Source: Callorhinchus milii (Eukaryota). Taken from it: DNA of 64,000 nucleotides. The translations under genes were made by a program, and so were the position numbers. This document shows, piece after piece, positions 11,201 to 23,200 of this stretch (positions within the stretch are counted from its first letter, which is position 1; the number at the start of each line of letters is the position of its first letter). The stretch spans positions 35,900,001 through 35,964,000 of the forward strand of contig NW_024704743.1 in the NCBI RefSeq assembly GCF_018977255.1, given 5' to 3'. The notes under the pieces are model-generated. The model worked only from the letters and a program-made list of their open reading frames with translations. It made no database searches and was not told the DNA's origin.

Positions 11201-14200
11201 GTTTCCTGAGGCTTTGCTCGTGCCATTCAAACCCTGGGCATAAGGGGGCCTGGATGACAGCGGTTTGGGTGACAGAGTCCTGTAATTGTTTTCCTCCTCC
11301 TTGGAGGCGAAGCTCCTGTCCTCTCTTATAACTGCTCTGCCCAGTGAGGCCAGAGAGTAATCCAATGTAATCTGAACGAATGATCAGCCTGTTTGGCTTG
11401 TCCTGGCTAACTAATCCTGTAAATAAAATTGGTCACTCATTTCATTGCTATGTGCAAATTGGCTGCTGTGTTCACCTACAAATACACAATGACTACACTT
11501 TACAGTAACTCCTGTGAAATGCTTTGAGATACTTCAACAGCAAATAAGGCGACATGTAAAATGCGAAGATTATTTATTAGTATTATGTGAACAACCTGAC
11601 TAGATTGCCATTGATCACTCAGCACTGCTATTCCACATATAAAGCTTGTCGAGCAGTGTCGGGGCTGAGCCTGCAATGTTCAAAACAAGTAATGTTTATT
11701 ATTGATTGCACAGTTACCAGAAAGTATTATGAATACCAAGAATCAAATTTGAGCTGCATTAGCTGACATTATGTGGCTCAGTTGAGAGTACTCTCATCTT
11801 TGGGCAAAAGTTTGTGGGTTGAATGAAACGCATATCAGGACTTGAGTTTATAGTCTGGACTGATTCTCCAGTGTGGTACTGGAGGAGCATTGCATTGTTA
11901 TCCTATTATCCTGGCCCAAAAATATGTAATTGCTAATTCACCTCATGGCTGTTTGTGTTTGCCTATGAAAACAATCACTATACTCAATAGTAATGTAATG
12001 CACTTTGAGATGTTTTGAGGCATTAAGGTTTATAAGAACACAAGTTCCTCTCTAAATCCCCGATGTAGGAAATTGGAGCTATCGATCGAGCATCCCCCTG
12101 ATACAAGAAGCCAATCGGAGCAGACAGCACAGGGCCATCTGGTCCTGCAGCAGCTGAAGAAATTCATGAAGCAGCACTTGTTTCCAGCAGAGCAGGTAAA
12201 GTCTGTTGTTACCTTCTGCCGACCACGTCATTGATGAACCTGCTTGGCCCTGCGATCAGTTTTAAATACTTATTTTATTACATTACAGAGTTCTCTGAGC
12301 CTTGTCTGGAAACGTTTATGAGCAGCTTGTGGTTACGTGATTATGTTTTAACATGGCAATTATGTTTTAACATGGCAATGGCTGGGAGCAATGATGTTGA
12401 TTGTTCATTGCTTGTTTGTACTTGGGCTCAGTTGAGCTTATGTGTGTGTATGTGGGAGAGGTGGGCAGAAGAGGAGAGCTCTGCTTATATTAACTTGTGA
12501 GTTAAGACCCCTGTCCTCCCTGCTGCTTGGCTCCTGATGTTTTTTTTCCCTCTTCTTGTGTTGATCTGGGTTTGGGGGTTAGGGAGAAGGGAGGGAGATA
12601 GTTGTGTTTGTTTCTTTACGGAGTTATACCTTTGCACAGTGGGTAATTATCAACTGGAGCGCGTCACAGAGAGAATAGTTGAGGCTGGATTGCGATTTTA
12701 TTTAAGCACAGTCAAACTTGTCTTCATCATCCTCTCAGGAGACTGAACCAAAGTGGCATTTAAGTAAGGATTCGTTTGTGCGTGTAGAATTTTTGTCTGG
12801 GCTGTTCCAGGGTGGTTCTTAACACGGGGTGGTGGTTGTTGAATGAAGGTGGTTGTTTGAAGAGGTTGTTAGGGTGGGATGGTAGGGTGGGTATGCTGGA
12901 AGGATAATAATAATATAATAATAATCCTTGCATTTGATATAGTACCTTATCACGTCTTTGAGACGTTTCAAGCTCTTCACAGAATATATTGTAAAGTGAA
13001 TTAACTGTATGTTTTGTGGGCGAAACGCGGCAGCCAATTCCACATAGCAGTGTCCCACAAGCAGTCATGGATTGAATGACCAAATTATTATTTTTTTAAA
13101 GAGGGATTATTATCCCTGGAAAGCAATCCACCAATCGACTAACCAAATCGGATTCCTACTCACTAGGTAAACAGAGACATATGAAGTAAGGAAACTTGCT
13201 TAACGTTTCGTGCTGTTCAGCACTCAAAACATAATCTAAGGTGACACTCCAGGACAGTGCTGGGGTATGTTGCATTGTCCGAGGTGTCTTAACATTTAAA
13301 GTCGCGCAGAATTGTGGAAAATGCTTAAATTTGGTCCACATTTGGGAGCTGGTTTCTTTTTAAGGTTACCGAAAACTGCTTTCTTAATCAAGATGGAATT
13401 CAGAATTTTCCACAGATTTACAAGATCTTAGATTTTAAGACAAGATGGTTTTATGGACTAAGATTAGGTGGAATTTCAAACCAAATATCCGTAAATTTAC
13501 CAAGATCAGCCTCTTTGTGTATTCCATATAATACACAAACTGCCCACTAGATGGCACCATGATGTTCTCTCTTCAACAACAACAACAAAATTACATGTGT
13601 ACAGCAAACAAAAGCAGAAGTCGCTGGGAACACTTAGCAGGTCAAACAGCATCTATGGAGGAATGAACCAGGGAGACAAGGAGGGAACAGTCCCTTCGGA
13701 ATGCTGAGAGGGGTGGGGAGGGAAAGATATGTTTGGTGGTTGGATCACGCTGGAGGTCCTGTAAATAACGGAGGATTATTTGTTGGTTGTTGAGGCTGGT
13801 GGGGTGGAAGGTGAGGACCAGGGAAACCTTATCACGGTTCTGGGAAGGGGTGAGGGCAGAGGTGCGGGAAACAGGGTGGACACGGTCAAGGGCCCTGCCT
13901 ACCACAGTGGATGGGAATCCTCGGTCGAGGAAAAAGGAGGACACGTCAGTTGCTCTGGTGTGAATGGTGGCATTGTCAGACCAGATGCGGCAGAGGAAAA
14001 AGGGGCATGGAGTCTTTACAGGAGGTGGGGTGGGAGGAGGTGCAGTCCAGGTAACTGTGGGAGTTAATGGGCTTGTAAAAGATATCTGTTGATAATCTAT
14101 GGCCCGAGATGGAAATGGTGAAGTCGAGGAAGGGAAGGCAACCGCCTCCCCACCAACTTACTGGTCACCCAGATCCCCCTCCCATGCCCACAAGTGCCTG

Positions 14201-17200
14201 ATGTCATCAACCAGTCCCTCTCCTCCGTATCAGTCCTTGCCTCCCTCAAAACTGCTGTCATCACCCCCCTCCTGAAAAAACCCTCCCTAGATCCCTCAAA
14301 CCCCAGCCACTACCACCTTATTTCTAACCTGCCCTTCCTCTCAAAAGCTCTAGAACGGGTTGTGGCCAACCAACTCTGCGCACACCTCTCCTCCCACTCC
14401 CTCTTCCAACCCCTCCAGTCCGGTTTCCGTCCACAGTACAGAGACTGTGCTTGTGAAAGTCACAAACGACATCCTCTCTATCTGTGACCAGGGCTCCTCT
14501 GCTTCCTTGTTCTCCTGGACATCTCCGCCACGTTCGACACAGTCAATCACGCCATCCTCCTCCACTGCCTTTCCTCCGTCATCCACCTCAGTGAGACCGC
14601 ACTCGCCTGGTCGAGTCCTACCTCACAAACCGCCAGCAGTACATCTGCACAAACGACTTCTCCTCCCACTCTCACCTGGTCACCTGCGGGGTACCCCAAG
14701 GATCCATCCTTGGCCCCCTCCTCTGCCTAATCTATATGCTCCCTCTTGGGGATGTCATCCACAGACATGGGGTACATTTCCACATGTATGCAGACGACAC
14801 CCAAATCTATTTTTCCACCTCTCTTTGCGACCCCCAGTCCCCTGATGTTCTGTCAGGCTGCCTGTCAGATCTCAGGGGCTGGATGAGCGCAGATTTCCTT
14901 CAGGTGAACGACAAGACAGAAGCCATACTCTTTGGCTCTCGTCAACGTCTTAACTCTCACGGTTCTCACCTCCTTCACCTACCCAACCTCCCACTAAAAC
15001 TCTCCGAACCTGTACGCAACCTAAGCATCAGGTTCGACCCCCAATTATCCTTCCTCCCCCACATCTGGTCCCTCACCAGCACTGCTTTCTTCCACCTCCA
15101 ACGCATCACCCATCTCCGCCAATATCTCACTCCAAGAGCTGCTGAAACCTTTGTTTCATGCCTTTGTCACCACTTGGTTGGACTACTCTAATGCCCTCCT
15201 CGCCAGCCTCCCATCCACTGCCATCCATAAAATCCAAATCATTCAAAGCTCTGCCGCCCGCATTCTCACCCGCACAAAACTCCGCTCCCCGGTCACCCCA
15301 GTCCTTGCCAGACTGCACTGGCTGCCTGTCCCAGAGAGGATCGATTTCAAGATCCTCACTCTTGTCTTCAAATCCCTCCACTCCTCTGCACCCCCTACCT
15401 CTCTGACCTCCTCTCTCCTCAAAACAGTACCCGTTGCCTTCGATCCTCCTGGTCTGGCCTCCTCCTTGTCCCCCGAGTCCTCCGCTCCACCCTCGGCTGC
15501 TGTGCCTTCAGCCACTACGCCCCGAGGCTCTGGAACTCCCTTCCTCACTCCCTTCGTCTCACTCCCTCCCTTCCATTTTTAGGTCTCTGCTGAAGACCTT
15601 TCTTTTGGACCGCGCCTTTGGTCACCTTCCTCCCCCTTTCTCCGGCTTGGTCCCCGGATCCGTTGCTGTGAAGCACTCTGAGACGCCGTCCAGCGTGGAG
15701 AGTGCTATATAAATCAAAGTTGTTGTTGTTGGAAGAGTCGGAGATGGACCATGTGACCATATTATGGAGGGGTGGAAGCAAAATTGGTGAATTTTTGCAG
15801 CTCAGCGCGAGAGCAGGAATTAGCCCCAACGCAATCGTCATTGTATCTGAGGAACAGGTCAGGGAGAGGATCTGATTAGACCCGGAACAAAGAGTGTTCC
15901 AGGTGGCCATCAAACAGGCAGGCGTAGCTGGCACCCATTTCGGGTTCCCATTGCGACACCTTTTACTTGGAGGAGGTGGGTGGAGTCGAAAGTGAAATTG
16001 TTCAATGTCAGAACAAGTTCAGTCAGGTGGAGGAGGGTGGTGATGGATGGAGACAAGTTGGGCTGCTATTCGAAATTCAGGACCAAGGAACTGGAAATTG
16101 TTGAAGAGGCGGAAGGCGTCAGAGGAGTCACGGATGTAGGTTGGTAGGGCCTGGACAAGTGGAGCAAACATGGAGTCCAGATATGAGGCGATCAGTTCGG
16201 TGGGGCAGCAACAGGCTGAAACAATAGTTCTCCCGGGACAGTCCTGTTTGTGGATGTTGGGGAGGAGGTAGAGGTGGGCTGTGCGGGGCTGGGGGCTATG
16301 AGGTTGGAGGCTGTAGAGGAAGCTCCCCAGAGGAGATAAGGTCATTGGCTGTCTCGGTGATGATGGCTTGGTGTTCAGTTGTGGGGTTTTGTATAGTGCC
16401 TTGGGACATCCTCAAATGTATAGCGCCTTTCATGTCGGGCAGACATTTCAAGGCGCTGGACGCTGAGTGTTTCAGACAGAGGTAGGGGTCGGTGTTAGGG
16501 TCTGGGAGGGTAGAGTGCAGGGAGGGCGAAGGAGGGTGACCGAAAGCACAATCGAAGAGGAGGGTCTTGGAGGAGGCAAGGGAGGGGGCGAGGCTGAGGG
16601 ACTGCGGGATGGAATTCCAGAAGGTGGGGGCAGAGTGGCAGAAGGCCCAACCGCCAATGCTGGGGCATCGAGGCGGGGAACGTGGAGCAGACCGGAGTCT
16701 GCTGAGCGGAGGGAGCTGGCAGGTTGGTAGGGTATTAGGAGGTCGCAGAGGTAGTGGGGAGCAAGACCATGGAGGGCTTTGAAGGTGAGGACTAGGATTC
16801 TTGAACTATATCTCCTGTGTGATGGGAAGCCAGTGGAGTCGGGCGAGGATGGGGGTGATAGGGTCATGAAGCCTGGTGCAAGAGAGTTCTGGATGATCTG
16901 CAGCCTATGGAGGGAGGTGATAGGGAGGACAACAAGCAGGGAATTTGCGTAGTCGGGAAAGGCAGAGTGGGTCATGGCACGGATGTGGGGTAGAAAGTAT
17001 AGTTGAGGATCAAACAAGATGCCAAGGTTCTGGACAGGCTTAGTAAGGTGGAGTGTGCTTCCTTTGATGGTGATTCTGTCAGCGCCTGAGGTGAGAAGGC
17101 GCTGATGAGAACCAATCAGGAGAGCCTCGGTCTTGTTGACGTCCAACTGGAGAAAGTTAACTTTCATCCAGGACTTGATGTCTGACAGACATTCTGCCAG

Positions 17201-20200
17201 GACAGCAGTGGTCCTGAAGTTGAGGGTGGAAGCAGAGAGATAGAGTTGGATGTCATCCTCATACATGTGGAAGTTGACCCCATGTCTGTGGATGATATCA
17301 CCAAGAGGGAGCATATAGATATTGAAGATCTGTTATTCAGAGACATATTGGAGCTGAACAAAATCATGTGAATCTGAATTGAGTTTGATTTTCTTTTAAA
17401 TGTTCTTTATAATCATCATCCTTACATTTGATATAGCGCTTTTCTCGTCTTCTAGACGTCTCAAAGCGCTTCACAGAATATGCTGTAAAGTGAATTGACC
17501 GTATATTTGTGGGCGAAATGCGGCAGCCAATTGCGCACAGCAGTGTCCCACAAACAGTCGTGGATTGAAAATGACCAATTTATTATTGTTTTGTTTTGGA
17601 GGGATTATTATTAGGCGTGTGGAAGTAAGAAAACTTGGCCAAGGTTTCACCCTTCCTGGAATTGAACCCAGGTCAGTTCCTGTTGAGGAGATAATCAACT
17701 GGTATCAGCCTGCCTCGGTTGGTAGCACTCTAGCCTCTGAGCCCAAAGGTTATGGATTCAAGCCCCATGTCAGGACTTTGAACTTACAATCCAGGGTGAT
17801 ACTCCAGTACTGTGCTGGGAGGAACACTACATTGTTGGAGGTGATGTACTACAGATAAGACAATAAACTGAGGTCTTGTCTGCTTTTTCAGGTGGACGTT
17901 AAAGATCCCATGGCACCAGTTGAAAAGAGAAGGGAGTTTCCCCCGATGATCTGGCCAGCAATTCTCCTGGTCATGCATGTCATGGCTGTTTGAAGGATGT
18001 TGCTGTACAAATGGGTTGCTGTGATTGCCTACAAAGTACACAGTCACGTCCCTACATCCTGTGAGGGACTTTGAGAAAAGGCACCATATCAAATTCAGAA
18101 ATGATCATTATCATTTCAGCCACGAACAGCTCCAAAAAGACCGAACTGTCTTGCTTGTCGGATTGACAAGTGACTGTTTCTGGGGTTTGGGCTACCAATC
18201 CAGATGGCATGCACAGTAAACTCACTAAATAAGTGTATTCTCAGATGAAAGAGAAAAGAGAGAGGTGTTTGTGAGCTATTCAGTGCTGTCTATTGCTTTA
18301 ATAATCATAATTTACATTGACTCACACTGGTAATCTTTCTGTGCAGGAGATTGCAGAATATTATGCCAGAAATGAACATTCTGTTCTCCGATGGAAGCAG
18401 CCACCTGTTATAGAGACGCTGAAGGTACATTGTGGGACTTTGTATCTTTGCATCCATAATGGGTCTGAAGTTCAAGATTCACCAAATGATTAGTGTGTGT
18501 CTCTCTCTGAAAATCTGCTCAGATGACAAGCTCAATTTTGATATGGCTTTGCTGGGAAGGAAATGGGATTCCAAGTGGAGTTTCAAATGTGCTATTTGCA
18601 AATCCCTCAATCTTGACACAATTGTCTGCAGTGTGTGGGAACAGTGCAGCACATGCTCTTTTGCTGACAAGATCGCAAAGGGAGCTTTAAGGTTTCAAAA
18701 TATGCTCGTTGGGAAAAACAGCAGCACAAACCGTGCCTGTAAGAAGTGCCTTGGGACATTGAGTGCGTTTCTTCTGAGCAATCCCATCTATAGCACACTG
18801 ACCCCGGGACAGTGCATCTTGTCTCCTTATTCTTTCATACCCCTTCCACCACATTGTCACCTGGTGTCCCATCCAACAGTCCAGCTCAAGGTTTACTTCC
18901 TGACAGAACAGAAGAGTTGCAACATTTTCAGGGCAGGCACTCATCAGGAGATGCAGTCACTAGTCAGAGGTCAAAGGGTAATAGTTTGCAGACTTGCTTC
19001 ATCCATAGTGGAAAATGACAAAAGCCCCTTATCAGAAGAACAGCAAAGATGTTTCCAATTTTGCATGCATTACTTTTGGCTGATGATTTGCTGTGACACT
19101 GCTCTCCAGGCAAGTCGTTTTTGTGAAACAGCCCCAGTACTGCTTCCAGAGATTAGCAAAAGAAAACTTTGCAGGAGCATCTCTGCCCCCATTCTTTGGA
19201 ACTCCATCCCACAGTCCCTTCTACTTGCTCCCTCTCTTGCCTCCTTCAAGACTAGTCTCAAGACCTCCTTTTCGATCTCTCCTTCGCCACCCTCCTACCC
19301 CTACCCTCCCTGCCCTCCATCCCCACTGATCCCAACCCCCCTGCTCAGGTCCGAATCTCTGTCTATCTGATTTGAAAAGCACTTTACAAATGTAATATGT
19401 TGTTTTTACTCCTGGCAGCTGAAGGCTAAAGCTGTGGGACTATGGAACCTCTTTTTACCAGAGGTCAGTGGCCTGAGCCAGCTGGACTATGCTTTCATGG
19501 CTGAAGAAATGGGACGATGCTTCTTTGCTCCAAAGGTTTTCAACTGCCAAGCCCCGGGTAAGTTTCTGCAAAATGTTCTGCAAGCTTCTGGTTTAATTTT
19601 TTTTCTTTATTATTTGCACATTGACACACTGTTACCAAAATAAAATTTTGTTCAGGAATAATGGGCATTTGAAATTGATGGTCAATTTGAACTCATCTAG
19701 GCTGAATAATAATGATAATCCCTGGATGTCTTCGAGACGTCTGAAAACGCATCACAGAATATACTGTAAAGTGAATTGACTTTATAATTTGTGAGCGAAA
19801 ATTATTACCCCACGAAAAGCAATCTGCCAATTGAGTAGCAACTGGGTTCCTACATACTGCTAGGTAAACAGAGGCGTGTGGAGTAAGGAAACTTGCCCAA
19901 CATTTCTTCGGCCAGGAATAGAACCCAGGTCTCTCGCTTGCGAGGCAAGTGCTGCATTGTTGAAGGTGCTGTGCTTCGAATGAGACATTAAAACGAGGTC
20001 CCGTCTGCCTTTTCAGGTGGACGTTAAATAACCAATGGCACGATTTGAAAAATAAATGGAGATTCTCATGGTGTCCTGGCCAACAATCCTTTCAAAATAA
20101 AATTCATGATTTACATGATGTGTTTGGCACTGTGACTGTGTTCACCTACAAATACACAGTCACTCACTTTACAGTAAATCCCATGAAATGCTTTGAGGCT

Positions 20201-23200
20201 TCATCCTGACATGAAAATGCTATATCAAATGTAAGAGTAACTATTATTAATAATAACATTTTCTCTCTAAGAATTGCAAAAAAACAGCTTCCAAACTGAG
20301 TTTACCATAATTCTGCAAGTTACAACAACAACAACAACAAATTGCATTTATACAGAACCTTTCACTTAGGGAGGATGTCCAAACACATTGGGAGTTGGGG
20401 GTTGGATTCAAGAGGGATGGGAGGTGAGAAGATTGGGGGTGGGAAGATGACTGAAGGCAAGGTCAAGGAGGAATATCTCGAGACAGACCTTGAAGGAGGC
20501 AAGGGTGGGGGGAGAAGCAGAGGAGCTCTGGCAGATGACATCACCAAGCGGCTGACGTCATTGAGTGGGAGCATGTAAATATTAAAGACAAGGGGACAGT
20601 ACAGAGCCCTGAGGCATTCCCGTAAGTATGGTGTGAGGGCTGGAGGAGAAACCGTTGACAGATACAAAGTGGAGAATGGGTGAATCAGATCCTGAACGTG
20701 TGGGTGGATATTGTGTGAGGGCTAGATTAAACAGGACTGCGATTGTTAAGAGATTGATAATTACTCACCGTTGCGAGGCTTGAACACAAGGAGAGGTGTG
20801 TGACTGATGGCCATTGTACCATATCCTGGCAAATTGTCAAAACCTCCAGGATGGGTGGGGGCGGGGGGAGAAATTAGTGGAGAAAATCAGCATGGAAAAA
20901 CAAACGTTTCTTATGACAATTGTGCTGTCAGGGGTTTTGAACAGGACAAAATGCGTTACCAGTATTGTCCAAATAAGTTAATCATTTTAACACATCTTCA
21001 TGAAAGCGATTGAGCAAATGGAATTGAAGGATTTGGCCTGATCTGATAAATAGGCAGAAACAGGCTCAATAGGCTTACTGGCCTCCTTGTGTTCCTATGA
21101 CGTACAAGAATTCATTTCAGCCTATTTGCCCCCACTCTCTGGTACTCCATCCCGGAGCCCCTACGACTCACCCCTTCCCTTTTTTCCTTCAAGGTCCGCT
21201 TCAAGACCTTCCTTTTTGACTGTGCCTTCAGTCATCTTTCCCTCCTAACTCCCTCAGTTCCAAGCCTCATTGGCTCCAGAATTAGCTTGGGTGCTAATTC
21301 TGTTATTATGTTAATTCTGGATTGTTCAGTGCTTTTGGGATTCCTCTCGATGCGAAAGGTAGTTTATAAACTTACATTTGTTGTGTCAACATGTGTCATT
21401 GATTACTCATCGTTGCTTCATGAAGCTTTCAGTCATTTTGTTTTGTTCTCTGGAACTTTGTGTCTGAACCTATCTGCTTCCCCCCTCCTCACTTTCGAAG
21501 CCCACCTTTAAAACCTTTTCCACCTGCTTTTGGTCACCACTCTCCCCGCCTTCTCAGATTCCCCATCCCCAGCTTCCCCATCCCAGCCTGGGTGCCTAGT
21601 TGGCTCTGTGAAACACTTTGAGATGGCCGCCTGATGTGAAAGGCGCTATATAAATATTGCTGTTGTTGTTTGGCTCTGATTAAACCTTGTTCCTCCTGCT
21701 TGTTTTGCAGACACGGGGAACATGGAGGTGCTGCATTTATACGGAACAGAGGAGCAGAAGAAGCAATGGCTGAAGCCACTGCTTTCGGGAGAAATCAGCT
21801 CCTGCTTCTGCATGACTGGTAGCAAATGATTTTACTTCATTGCAGTCTGAGATGTCAAATGGGAAATATTCAAACTTGATTTTGTGTGTCTACCTCCTGA
21901 TCTAACAGAGAGTGAGGCTGCATTCCTGACAGAAAGAGTTTGTAAATTCAGTTTAGTTTGAAAGTTGGTTTCTGAAAAGATGTGCAGAAAACTGGTTTCC
22001 AAATTAAGATAAAATTCAAGACCTTTCCAAAATTCTGTCCAAAATTCTTAAATTTCAGGCTCCTTATTGGGTTCCTTTCCTAGTGATGGGGTAATGGAGC
22101 TGGGTCAGTCTGGGGAAATTAAAACGGCTTGCTGTTTATTTGCTGGGCTATATTGAAATATTCATCCAGAAGCCACACGACTCCAGTTTGAGAAGAGCAC
22201 GTTACTGAGGGTGATTGAATGGAGGTCAATACGTCATACACATGGGCTTCCTGTGTAACGCCGCTGAGATCAGGAACTGGGGGAAATGGGGGATTGGGCT
22301 CAATCGCTGACTCCAGCAAGCGGAGGTGCTTCTGGTAAATAATGATTAATTATGGATGATTATGTTATGTATGATCATGACTATAAGCGTTGATTCGTAT
22401 AATTATGGGTAATGTACTCGCTGTCATTTAATAAGGAGAATATAAAACTCTTGAAGTCAGCAGAAAAATGGAACCTAGTGGTAAGCAGGCTGGTACAACT
22501 TGGTTTCGAGCGATCAAAGAATTTAGATGAAGTTACATTTTTCAGAACAAAGAATCATGTTAGAAAACAGTTTCAAGGCCAGGACAGAGATACTGGGACA
22601 AGGAGATTAGGAGTCAGGAGAGGAGTCACAAGGGGCAAAGGAATGTATGAGAACCCATCACTGAGGGGTACCGATACAATGAACACCATGTACAGAATAA
22701 GATGAGCAGATCTGGAGGAATGCAATGGTCCAAAGGTGATGTGACTGTAAGAGTCAGTACTTTTAGAAATCTGAGTGAAATTGTCTCGGATCAGGGAGAG
22801 AACAGCTCTGTGGTTACCCTTGCGAAGGGCTGACCTCTCTGACCACAGAAACTCAAGATTGAGAACTTGCACTTCCTTGTCAAAGTCCTGGAATGCGTTG
22901 TTGCCAATCAACTCCGCGCAAACCTCTCCTCCCATTCCCTCTTCGAACCCCTCCAGTCCGGCTTCCGCCCTGCCCACAGTACAGAGACTGCGCTTGTGAA
23001 AGTTTCAAACGACATCCTCTCTATCTGTGACCAGGGCTCCCTCTGCCTCCTTGTCCTCCTGGACCTCTCCTCTGCTTTCGACAGTCGATCACGCCATCCT
23101 CCTCCACTGCCTTTCCTCCGTCATCCACCTTAGTGGGACTGCACTTGCCTTTCAAAGCCATACTCTTTGGCTCTTGTCAGCATCTTAAATCGCACGGTTC

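Noticed and set aside
10781..11365. 194-aa minus-strand ORF
   Set aside because: Antisense to ACAD11 exon 8, non-ATG start, no recognisable motif.
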